Source: Scyliorhinus canicula
Lineage: Eukaryota
Length of the DNA stretch: 64,000 bases
Assembly: GCF_902713615.1 (NCBI RefSeq)
Contig: NC_052157.1
Coordinates: forward strand, 61,220,146-61,284,145
Direction: 5' to 3'
In this document: positions 1 to 10,770 of the stretch, piece by piece
Layout of the letters: each line of letters starts with the position of its first letter
Position numbering within the stretch: the stretch's first letter is position 1
Program-made: the position numbers and the translations under genes
The notes under the pieces: generated by a model
What the model saw: only the letters and a program-made list of their open reading frames with translations
What the model was told of the DNA's origin: nothing
Database searches by the model: none

Positions 1-294
1 TTTGGGATAGTTCCAACAATCCCCACAGCCAATTTGAGGACATGATGCTGCAGCTCTGGGGACGTGTCAGCCTGGTGTGGTGACAGTGAATGAGTTATGT
101 GAATGGCAGGCCTTTTAACTTTTCTCACTCCTCAGCAGCACTTTGCTCGATCAATCCTTCTAACATGTAATAACTCAAGCCTTATCGAGTGAGAAGTGGG
201 AACAAGCCACGCTTTAACCTTAGTGTCCTGTATACTACCGATGTGACTAGGGAGTAATTACAACACCTGAATCAGTAAATGGAGAAAGTTATAC

Positions 295-427
295 CTGGCT
301 CATTTTGGGACGAGTAGGAATTATTTCGACATATTTTGATTTCTTTGCCTTTGGTTTCATTGACATAATTTCAGACTGCTCCTCTGGGTTCGCCTTTCTG
401 TTCTGGTTTGTTCCATTTTGCACTGGC
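295..427 (-). CDS. Siglec/MAG-like receptor, cytoplasmic exon (133 nt, phase 2-0): PVQNGTNQNRKANPEEQSEIMSMKPKAKKSKYVEIIPTRPKMSQ with ITIM-like SKYVEI
   Basis: ccgttttcAG|G acceptor in the phase required by the TM exon, with an open frame. It ends either at a weak CAG|GTataa donor (further exons beyond the window) or by read-through to V-stop (TAA at 289-291). Confidence 0.75.
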
Positions 428-1240
428 CTGAAAACGGAGTTTAAAGCAAAATTACAAGACAGTGAAATAATCAGACAGGTTCAGATTGCAACAACTGAGA
501 TTGCAAATAGATTATAACATTTTAATTTTCGTAGCTGGTTCACTGTCTGAAATGCAGCTAATTTTCTAACTATCCAATGGTGTTAAGTTCAGGAACATGA
601 ATAACTGGGAAAAGGATGAGTCAGGACTTCAGGAAAACAAGGACAAATTGGAAGATTGGAGAGAGAGATGACATTTAGCGCAGAGATTTCAGAGATGATA
701 CTTTTCAGCAGGAGAAAAAAGGAGACAATCCAGACCATTCACCCATCGTGCCAGTGCTGCCTCTTTAAAAGCTCGGTCCACTTCATCCCCACTCTCCCTA
801 GGCCCCTTCACTCTCTCCCTGTAGCCCAGCAAATGGTGGAGTGATGGAAATTGGAGGAATGCAAAAATCTGGAGGGTCGTAGGGGCTGGAGGCAGTTACA
901 TAGATACAAAAGGTTGTAGGGGCTGGAGGAGATTAGAGACAGGGAGGGTTGTAGGGGCTGGAGTTTAGAGAGATGGGGAGGCTTGCAGGTGTTGGAGGAG
1001 GTTGGGGAGATAGGAAGGGTTGTTAGGGGCTGGAGGGGATTAGAGATAGACAGCATTGTCGGGGCTGAAGGGGATTAGAGATAAAGAGAGTTGTTGGGGC
1101 TGGAGGGGGTTAGAGAGATGGGAGGCTTGTAAAGGCTGGCGGACATTACAGAAATAGGGAGGGTTATAGAGGCTGGAGGAGGTTACAGAGAATGTGAGGG
1201 TTGAGGGTCTAGAGGAGGTTACAGAGATAGGGAGTCATAG

Positions 1241-1603
1241 TCATAGTATAGAGCCATAGAATTTACAATGCAGAACGAAGCCACTCGGCATTTCGAGTCT
1301 GCACCGGCCTTTGGAAAGTGCGCCCTTCTTAAACACTCGCCTCCACCCTATCCCCATAACCCAGTCACCCCATCCAACCTTTTTCGACGAGGAGGCACTA
1401 AGGGGCAATTTAGCATGGCTAATCCACCTAACCTGCACATTTTTGGACTGTGGAAGGAAACTGGAGCACCCGGAGGAAACCCACACAGACACGGGGAGAA
1501 AGTGCAAACTCCACAAAGTCACCCCAAGGCCGGAATTGAACCTGGGACCCTAGAGCTGGGAGACAGCAGTGCTATTGGTGCCACCCCATCGTGCCACCAT
1601 GCC
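1241..1603 (-). mobile_element. tRNA-derived V-SINE (HE1-like) with a CR1-type tail
   Basis: Reverse complement of a tRNA-like head, the conserved V-domain (gtggagtttgca...tttcctccgggtgctccggtttcc) and an (atctatg)n-like tail. Family name from recollection. Confidence 0.8.
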
Positions 1604-2510
1604 AGAGGGTTGTAGGAGGTCACAGAGATGAGGACAGCTGCAGGGGTTGGTGGATGTTGCAGAAATACGGAGGTTTGTAGGGGCTGGAGGGGCTTTGAGA
1701 GATGGGGAAGTTTGTTGGGGCTGGAGGAGGTTCTAGAGATGGGGCACAGTTTTGGAGCTGGGTGAGAATACAGAGATAGGGAAGGGTGTAGGGCTGAAGG
1801 TGGTAACAGAGATAGGGAGGGTTTTAGAGGCACTATGGTTGCAGAGATGGAGAGGGTTGCAGGGGTTTATGGAGGTCACAGAGATAGGGAGAGGTGTAGA
1901 GGATGGAGGAGGTTACAGATATAGGGAGGGAATAAAGGGTCTGGAGGAGGTTACATAGATAGGGAGGCTTGTAGGGGCTGGAAGATGTTACAGAGATAAG
2001 GAGGGTTGTAGGGCTGGAGGTGGTTGCAGTGATAGGGAGAAGTCTAGGTGCTGGAGGAGGTTACAGAGGTAGGGAGGGTTCTAGGGGCTGGAGGGGATAG
2101 AGAGATAGGGAGGGTTGTAGGGGCTGGAGGAGGTTACAGAGATAGGGAGGGTTGTAGGGGCTGGAGGAGGTTACAGAGATAGGGAGGGTTGTAGGGGCTG
2201 GAGGGGATAGAGAGATAGGGAGGGTTGTAGGGGCTGAAGGAGGTTACAGAGATAGAGAGCGGAGTAGGAGCTGGAGGAGGTTACAGAGATAGGGAGGGTT
2301 GTAGGGGCTGGAGGAGGTTACAGAGATAGGGAGGGCTGTAGGGGCTGGAGGAGGCTACAGAGATAGGGAGGGTTGTAGGGGCTGGAGGAGGTTACAGAGA
2401 TAGGGAGGGCTGTAGGGGCTGGAGGAGGTTACAGAGATAGGGAGGGTTGTAGGGGCTGGAGGGGATAGAGAGATGGGGAGGGTTGTAGGGGCTGGAGGAG
2501 GTTACAGAGA

Positions 2511-2679
2511 TGAAAATGAAAATCGCTTATTGTCACGAGTAGGCTTTAATGAAGTTACTGTGAAAAGCCCCTAGTCGCCACCTGTCCGGGGAGGCTGGTA
2601 CGGGAATCGAACCGTGCTGCTGGCCTGCTTGGTCTGCTTTTAAAGCCAGCGACTTAGCCGAGTGAGCTAAACCAGCCCC
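2511..2679 (-). mobile_element. Short tRNA-derived SINE (~170 bp)
   Basis: Head ggggctggtttagctca...ggttcgattccc (A/B-box-like) and tail gtggcgactaggggcttttcacagtaac...(atttc)n. Confidence 0.8.
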
Positions 2680-3308
2680 AGATAGAGAGCGGTGTAAGAG
2701 CTGGAGTACGTTACAGAGATAGGGAGGGTTGTAGGGGCTAGAGGAGGTTACAGAGATAGGGAGGGTTGTAGGGGCTAGAGGAGGTTACAGAGAGAAGGAT
2801 GTCATTTTAGGAGCTGGAGGAGGTTAAAAAGATAGGGATGGTTGTGGGGCTGGAGGAGATTGCAGGAATATGAAGGACAGGATTTTCCGAGTCCCTGCGC
2901 CGCAATCGCGCTGGGCGCGGGAGCGGAGAATGGGCGTCAGACCCGTAATGGGGTCCAACGGTGCTCCCGCGATTCTCCAGGTACCGGAGAATCACCACCA
3001 ATCGCGCGAGCACGGTCGACGTGGTGCCAGTCGGGGGCCATTGAAAGAGGTACCCATGGCGATTCTCCGCCGGCAACTGGCCAAGATACCGCCAGCGTGG
3101 TTCACTCATGGTTTCACCCGGTGGAAGCTCAGAGTGGCGGCTGCAGACTCAGTCCGCGGCAGCCCTGGTAGGGGGCGGGGGGATCCGTCACCGGAGGGGG
3201 TCCTCCAGGACTGCCATGCTCACAATCGGGGGCCACCGATCCGCGGGCGCGCGCGATCCTGGGGGGCCTATATTGTCGGGGCCGGCCCGCTGTGTGGGTC
3301 CGCCATGT

Positions 3309-6300
3309 TGCACGCGAGACGAGTTGCTGTACAAAAGTTAGGCTTTAATAAGCTAGATGTTAGCCCTGCGGTCGACTACATTAAATGGACGACCGCCGGG
3401 CGTACTGGGTATTTATACCTCGCCCTGGAGGTGGGATTAACTCAGCCTCTCGACCAGTCGGGGAGCCGTCACATGACTGGTCTCAACCAATCGGTCGAGA
3501 GGCACATGACCAACCAGGGCCAATGGTAAGCCGGTGTTCTGCACCAATGGCAGGCAGCTATGTTAATCATACCACCACATTCACCCCTTGCGGAGAAAGA
3601 AGCTGGGGGGGGTATCAACAAGAGCTGGGGGGGGGGGGGAGAGAACTGGTGGTATGAGTAGCAGCCAGAGAAGGGAAAAAAAGGGTTTGGCTTCCCACTG
3701 GCCCAGACATTTAACAATAATACATATTGTCCATACAAGGTCCATGGTGTTGTTGAAAATTAAATGGACTCGATCAGCCTTTTCGTTGCCCGTGACGTCC
3801 TGGCAGACCGCCGCAGTGGAGTTGGTGACGTTGGTTCAGCTGATGGTGGTGGTTCCGCTGATGTCCTGGAGTCCGGGAGCGATGGTCCTTGAACTGTATC
3901 CGTCACCCGGGCTGGTGGTGGAGACGCCATGGATGGGGAAGGGGTGGCCTGGGTGGGGCGCTGGGGGAAACAAAACAGGAGGGGTCTGTGGTGAAGGGGG
4001 GGAAGGCCGCACGCCGGCAGGTGCCAGGTCCCGAGGGAGACCGTGTCCTGCCGACCGTCGGGGCACTCCACGTACGCATACTGCGGGTTAGCGTGGAGTA
4101 ACTGGACTTGTTCCACCAACGGGTCGGACTTGTGCACCCGCACATGCTTCCGGAGCAAGATGGGTCCGGGGGCGGCCAGCCACGTCGGGAGAGGGGATCC
4201 AGAGGACGACTTCCTGGGGAAAACAAGAAGACGTTCATGAGGTGTCTGATTTGTTGTGGGACAGAGGAGTGAGCGGATAGAATGTCGGGCATCGGGGATA
4301 ACCTCTTGCCATCGGGAAATAGGGAGATCTCTGGACTGGAGGGCCAGTAGTATGGTCTTCCAGATGGTACCATTCTCCCGCTCGACCTGTCCGTTACCCC
4401 GAGGGTTATAGATGGTCGTCCTGCTAGAGGCAATGCCCCTGTTGAGCAGGAATTGACGCAGCTCGTCGCTCATAAATGAGGACCCCCGATCGCTATGTAT
4501 GTATGCGGGGTAGCCGAACAGGGAGAAGATGGAGAGGAGGGCCTTAATGACGGTCGATGTGGTCATGTCGGGGCAGGGAATGGCGAAGGGGAAGCAGGTG
4601 TATTCGTCGATTACCGCCAGGAAGTAAATGTTGCGGTTGCTAGAGGGAAGGGGCCCCTTGAAGTCAATGCTGAGACGTTCGAAGGAGCGGGATGCTTTGA
4701 TCAGATGTGCGCGCTCGGGGCGGTAGAAGTGCGGTTTGCACTCTGCGCAGATGTGGCAGTCACGGGTTACTGTCCTGACTTCCTCGATGGAGAAAGGCAG
4801 GTTGCGGACCTTTATGATATGGTAGAAACGGGTCACCCCTGGATGGCAGAGGTTTGCGTGGAGGGAGCGGAGGCGGTCTATCTGCATGCTGGCACAGGTG
4901 CTGCGGGACATGGCATCAGGAAGCTCATTGAGCTTCCCAGGGCGATACAAGATATCGTAGTTGGACGTGGACAACTCGATCTGCCACCGTAAGATCTTGT
5001 CATTCTTAATCTTGCCCCTTTGTGGATTATCAAACATGAAGGCCATTGACCGTTGGTCTGTGAGGAGGGTAAACTTCCTGCTGGCCAAATAGTGCCTCCA
5101 ATGTCGCACAGCTTCGACTATGGCCTGGGCTTCCTTTTCCACAGAGGAGTGGCGGAGTTCAGAAGCCTGGAGGGTTCTGGAGAAGAAGGCCACGGGTCTG
5201 CCCGCTTGGTTCAGGGTGGCCGCCAGAGCTACTTCTGATGCTTCGCTCTCGACCTGGAAGGGGAGGGACTCGTCGATGGCGCGCATCGTGGCCTTTGCAA
5301 TGTCCACTTTGATGCGGATAAAGGCCTGGCAGGCCTCTGTTGACGGTGGGAAGGTCGTGGTTTGAATGAGGGGACGGGCCTTGTCGGCGAAATTGGGAAC
5401 CCATTGGGCGTAGTAGGCGAAGAAACCCAGGCAGCGTTTGAGGGATTTGTGGGTATTGGGGAGAGGGAGTTCCATCAGGGGGCGCATGCGTTCAGGGTCG
5501 GGGCCTATCACTCCGTTACGCACTACGTAGCCGAGGATGGCTAGACGGTCGGTGCTAAACACGCACTTATCCTTATTGTAAGTGAGGTTAAGGAGTTTTA
5601 CGGTTTGGAGACATTTCCGGATTGGTGTCATGGTCCTGCTGGTCGTGGCCGCAGATGGTGACATTATCGAGGTACGGGAAGGTAGCCCGTAATCCGTACT
5701 TGTCGACCATTCGGTCCATCTCCCGTTGGAAGACCGAGACCCCATTTGTGACACCAAATGGAACCCTAAGGAAGTGGTAGAGGCGGCCATCAGCTTCGAA
5801 CGTGGTGTACTTGCGGTCACTCGCGCGGAGGGGGAGCTGGTGGTAAGCGGACTTAAGGTCCACAGTGGAGAAGACTTAGTATTTCGCGATATCGTTTACC
5901 ATGGCGGAAATATGGGGGAGAGGATACGCGTCCAGTTGCGTAAACCGGTTGATGGTCTGGCTATAGTCGATGACCATCCGGTTTTTCTCCCCAGTCCGGA
6001 CCACCAGCACTTGGGCTCGCCAGGGACTGTTGCTGGACTCGATGACCCCTTCCTTCAGCAACCTCTGGACCTCGGACCTGATAAAGGTCCGGTCCTGGGC
6101 GCTGTACCGTCTGCTCCGTGTCTCGACGGGTTTGCAATCGGGGGTGAGATTAGCAAACAAGGAGGGGGGGTCCACTTTGAGGGACATGAGGCTGCAGACA
6201 GTGAGGGGGGGTATAGGGCCGCCGAATTGGAAGGTCAGGCTCTGCAGGTTGCGCTGGAAGTCCAGTCCTAGGAGTGCCGGTGCGCAAAGGTCAGGGAGGA

Positions 6301-8100
6301 CAAGAAGTTTGTAATTTTTAAAAACCTTCCCTTGGACCGTGAGGTCCGCGATGCAGCAGCAGGTGAAGCGGACGGAGTGCGAACCTGAGGCTAACCCGAT
6401 TTTATGTTTTACAGGATGGACAGGGAGCACGCAGCGTCTTACCGTGGCAGGGTGAACAAAGCTTTCCGTGCTCCCGGAGTCCAGCAGGCAGCCCGTCTCG
6501 TGGCCGTTGAGGTGGACCAGCGTTGTTGTTTTGGCGAGCGTGCGTGGCCGTGACTGGTCGAGTTGAATGGCCGCGAGCCGTGGAGAAGAACCATCATCGT
6601 AGTCGTCGTTGTACTAGTAGGTGCTGGCAGAAACATGCATGCCAGTCCAGGATGGTTGTGCCCAGGATCTGCACGTAGAGTCGGGGCCCCAAGATGGCGG
6701 CGCCCAGGACCCGCAAGTGGCGTCCGGAGCCCAAGATGGCGGCGCCTGCGGGGCCCTCATGGTTGCTGGGGGCGGGGTTAGCGGTGCCGGTGGGCCGATC
6801 GGGGCGGCAGAGAGGCGCGCAGGCCGGGCGCTGGGGCCCGGGGGCGGGGGGGAGAGATTTGCACGGTGCGCTGGAAGGGCCCGGAAGGGCCCGGAGGAGA
6901 GGAAGAGGTGCGCACGCCAGGCGCAGGGGCCCGGGGGCGGGGGGAGAGATTGGCGCGGTGTGCTGGAAGAGCCCGCAAGGGCCCGGAGGGGGGGATCCCC
7001 GGTCGCTGCGCGGTACAGCAGCGACCAATTTGGCCTGGCAGACCGTCGAGAAGTGGTCCTTCTTCCCGCAGCTCTTACAGAGGGCGGAGCGGGCCGGGCA
7101 GCGCGGGCGAGGGTGTTTCGCGAACCCACAGAAATAGCAGCGGGGCCCCGCGGACTTGTCGGGGCGTCCCGCGGCGCAGGCCTGAGGGGGGTCGGGAGCG
7201 GCGGATGGCGGTGGGGAAGCGTGCCAGGAGGCCCAGGGTGGTGCAGCGCGGCTGGGGACATAGACGCGGGCGTTTAAATCGGCGACCTCCAGGGAGCTGG
7301 AGAGAGTCCGTGCCTCAGTTAGGCTGAGGTCGTCTTTCTCCAGCATCCACTGGCGGATAGCGGCAGACTGCATCCCAGCCACGTAAGCATCTCTAATCAG
7401 AAGTTCCATGTGCTCCGTAGCTGAAACTGGGAGGCAGGAGCAATTCCTCCCCAGGACAGCGAGGGCCTGGTAAAAATCGTCTAATGACTCACCGGGGAGC
7501 TGTTGTCTGGTAGCCAGCAGATGTCGGGCGAATACTCTGTTTACCGGTTTAAGAAACTGTCCTTTCAGCTTATCCATGGCCGCGTCGTAATCTTTTTCCT
7601 CCGCAATCATCGCGTAGGCCGCCATGCCCACGCTGGAGTGGAGGATATGAAGCTTCTGTGCCATGGTGGGGGGGCTGTTTGCGGATGCCAGGTAACCATC
7701 GAAACATGCCAGCCAATGTTTAATGATTTCTGAAGCGTTCTGAGTTGGCGGGCTGATGCGGAAGCATTCGGGCTTGATCCGGAGCTCCATCTTCAAAATT
7801 CTAGCTTATTAAATTGATGTACCATCAATTGAACGCGAGATGAGTTGCTGTACAAAAGTTAGGCTTTAATAAGCTAGATGTTAGCCCTGCGGTCGACTAC
7901 AGTAAATGGACGACCGCCGGGCGTACTGGGTATTTATACCTCATCCTGGAGGCGGGGTTAACGCAGCCTCTCGACCAATCGGGGAGCCGTCACATGACTG
8001 GTCTCAACCAATCGGTCGAGAGGCACATGACCAACCAGGGCCAATGGTAAGCCGGTGTTCTGCACCAATGGCAGGCAGCTATGTTAATCATACCACCACA
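3309..8100 (-). mobile_element. Ty3/Gypsy LTR retrotransposon 1 (4.8 kb, decayed); LTRs 3309-3579 and 7830-8100
   Basis: Two 271-bp TG...CA direct repeats differing at 9 positions, a PPT (caaggggtgaa on minus) abutting the 3' LTR, and gag-PR-RT-RH-IN order. Confidence 0.95.
3760..7790 (-). pseudogene. gag-pol of element 1 (two CCHC knuckles, protease LLDSGS ~6473-6490, RT, RNase H, integrase HHCC/DDE); disrupted
   Basis: ORFs 6594-7796, 5876-6430, 5588-5863 and 3760-5820. In-frame TAA at 5876-5878, a frameshift near 5625, and further frameshifts in late gag and the IN C-terminus. Confidence 0.92.
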
Positions 8101-8614
8101 CCCGCGGCGATTCTCCTCCGGCAACTGGCCAAGATACCGCCAGCGTGGTTCACTCATGGTTTCACCCGGTGGGAGTTCAGAGTGGCGGCTGCGGACTCAG
8201 TCCGCGGCCGCCCTGGTAGGGGGCGGGGGGATCCGTCACCGGAGGGGGTCCTTCAGGACTGCCATGCTCTCAATCGGGGGCCACCGATCCGCAGGCGCGT
8301 GCGATCCTGGGGGGCCTATATTGTCGGGGCCGGCCCGCGGTGTGGGTCCGCCATGTTGCGCGGTGCCGCTGCCACAGGCAGACCCGCGGCCAGTAGTGCA
8401 GGGCCCTGTACCGGCAGCCGGAGCTGCAAGAAGCATTCCAGGGCCCTGCTAGTCCCCTGCAAAACAGAGAATCACCATGGACTTTCTCCAGGAAAATGTT
8501 CTCTCAGCGGTGGGGCATAGCCCCGTTATCAGAGAATTCCACCTGGAGTGTTACAAGCGCTGGATGATGTTACAGAGATAGAGAAGGTTCTTACCCAATT
8601 GTATCTACACTTAC

Positions 8615-8732
8615 TTTTTGTTTTTCCTCAATGCCTTGATAATGAGGCAAATCACGGTTGTCAAGACGATGAGAACAGCGCCTCCCGCAGCCACCAATCC
8701 GATTTTCCACATCAGCCCCCACCTTGTTCCAC
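8615..8732 (-). CDS. Siglec/MAG-like receptor, transmembrane exon (118 nt, phase 1-2): GTRWGLMWKIGLVAAGGAVLIVLTTVICLIIKALRKNK
   Basis: ctcctcccctcAG acceptor, AA|GTaagt donor, ~22 hydrophobic residues followed by a basic stop-transfer KALRKNK. Not in the ORF track. Confidence 0.9.
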
Positions 8733-8879
8733 CTGAGGGGAGGAGAATTATAATTGACCAGATGCATAATTCCTTAAATTCTCAAGCTCCACAAGGACCT
8801 TCTTCCCCAATCTCTCTCCATCTCATCCCCAGCATCATCTTGTTCGATTATTTTCTCCCTCATGTAGGTATCCAGTTTC

Positions 8880-9270
8880 TCCCACATTCTGCCCTCTCTC
8901 TTTGGGAAAGAGTCCAACATTCTCCCCACTCCCGGTGGGTGCGAGAGCCACATTCTCCCCGCTCCCTCTGGGACTGAGTCCCCCATTTGCCCCACTCTAT
9001 GTGGGAGTGAGTTCCAGATTCTCCCCACTTCCTGTGGGACGGGCTTCCATCTTTTCCCACTCTCTATGGGAGCAAGTTCCACATTCTCCCCAATCCCTGT
9101 GGGGGCGAGACCCACATTCTCCCCACTCACCATGAGAGCGAGTCCCATATTCTTCCCACTCTCTGTGGGAGTGACTTCTACATTCTCCCCACTCTTTGTG
9201 GAAGCAAGTTCTGCATTCTCCCCACTCCCCGTGGGAGTGAGTCCCACATCCTCCCCACTCTGGCTAAAGA
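8880..9270 (+). repeat. ~35-38-bp tandem repeat (cccacattctccccactctctgtgggagtgag) continuous with a CR1-like fragment
   Basis: About 10 degenerate units, each with cccac...gtggg inverted arms. Two more units occur at ~31860-31915. Confidence 0.8.
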
Positions 9271-9556
9271 AATTTCTCCTGAATTCCCCTATGGATTGAT
9301 CATTGAATATCTTACATTGATGGTCCCTGGTTTCCCATACCCCACAAGTGGAAACATCTGTATGTTGACCCTATTGAAACCCTATCTTAATTTTAAAAAC
9401 CTCTAAAAAAGGCACCTACAGCCTCCTTTCTTCTAGAGAAAAGAGCCTCAGTCTGTTCAGTCTTTCCTGATAGTCACAACTCGCAGTTCTCAAATTACCT
9501 TTTTGGACCTTCTCCAGCGCACAATGCTCCCGGTGTGGTCTAACAAAGGTCTAACA

Positions 9557-9728
9557 GGGACTGGTTTAGCACACTGGACTAAATCGCTGGCTTTTAAAGC
9601 AGACCAAGGCAGGCCAGCAGCACGGTTCAATTCCCGTACCAGCCTCCCCGAACAGGTGCCGGAATGGGGCTTTTCACAGTAACTTAATTTGAAGCCTACT
9701 TGTGACAATAAGCAATTTTCATTTCATT
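9557..9728 (+). mobile_element. Short tRNA-derived SINE, same family as 2511-2679 (another partial copy at 50181-50288, minus)
   Basis: Direct similarity among the copies. Confidence 0.8.
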
Positions 9729-10289
9729 ATACAGGTCACCAAAACTTCTCTCCTTTTTATTTATGTCCCTTCTAGACATAGCCACTCGTCTTTGCTGACT
9801 TTAAGTTGCCAATGACACGTCCATTCTACAAGACGTTTTATTTTCAATCAAAGTGATTGTTGTTGCGGCTGAGGCCTTTTAGTCTGGACTGAGCATTTCA
9901 ATGTCTCTGTGAAACGTTAGCCGTTTCTATTGTTTGATGAATGCTGAGGTGAGACTGACTGTGGTCTTCTTAATTAGCGCGATACTGCTTCAGTATCAAT
10001 GCAAATTCAGCAACTACAGTTTCGAATGCAGATGGACTTTAGAAAGAAACCCAAGTTAGTCTGCAGTGCAATGCCAGGATTCTGATATTCAGTATGAATA
10101 TGGCTCGCCAACACTAAGGGCATTCACATGGTCATTGGATAAACATATGGATGATAAGGGAATAGTGTAGATGGGCTTTAGAGTGGTTTCACAGGTCTGC
10201 GCTGTAATGTTCTATGTTCTATGTATGAATCCTGCTCCCAGTGGAGGAGCTGGGGAGGGGAGAGATGACAGCTAGAAGCAATGGACAGC

Positions 10290-10770
10290 AGCAAGAAAGA
10301 AGAGTTTACATTGCTGTAGCCTCCCAGCAATACCCAAAGCCACAGGGATAATGAAAAGCTTCATGGACATTGTTGGAATGTAGGAAACGCAGCAGCCAGT
10401 TTGTGCATAGCAAGATTCCATGAATAGCAATGCGATAAAGACCAAGTTTGTTTTCAGTGATGTCGGATGAGGGTTAGAGATTGGCTCCAGGACACCAGGC
10501 AGAGCTTCCACCAACAGTCCACGTACCGCACAACTAGCAGCCCCCCTGCACCCCCGGGCCATGCATGCACCCTGCACTGCTCGCTCACTACCCTGTCCCA
10601 CCCACAGTTTTTTTTAAAAACTTGTGGCCGTGGGATTTTTACTTTGACCTGGGAGGGCAGATGAGAGAATTAGTTAAATGTTTCATCCTGGGAAATTCAC
10701 CTCAGAAAGGGCAGAGGTCACTCAGTACTGATTCTCCAACAGTGCAGGATTCCCTCAATGCTGCCCATCA
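10290..10770 (-). mobile_element. Old DeuSINE-like (SacSINE1/AmnSINE1-related) fragment
   Basis: Matches my recollection of the reverse-complemented Deu-domain and tail (aatgtaggaaacgcagcagcca...agtgatgt...aggacacc; ctccaacagtgcag...ttccctca). Needs a Dfam/Repbase check. Confidence 0.55.

Larger units (their letters stand above)
840..2870 (+). repeat. 37-bp purine-rich tandem array (ggagggttgtaggggctggaggaggttacagagatag), resuming at 8544-8590
   Basis: Directly visible; homogeneous core at ~2070-2510 with degenerate edges. Confidence 0.95.
2876..8543. mobile_element. GC-rich MITE-like element interrupted by element 1 (2876-3310 and 8101-8543), itself inserted in the 37-bp array
   Basis: CpG-rich non-coding segment with many gattctcc/ggagaatc motifs and weak terminal inverted ends (gacaggattttcc...gagaattccacc). 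The 37-bp repeat resumes at 8544. Confidence 0.55.

Noticed and set aside
7819-7824. TGGTAC in the element-1 leader as a tRNA-Leu PBS
   Set aside because: It matches only 6 nt, starts 5 nt from the LTR, lies inside the hairpin and is not kept in element 2 (TCGTGC).
2807-8520. ORFs 2870-3529 and 7906-8520
   Set aside because: They are chance frames across the GC-rich MITE and LTR junctions, with no domain features.
9557-9640. tRNA genes
   Set aside because: These and similar A/B-box heads do not complete a cloverleaf and run into SINE bodies and tails.
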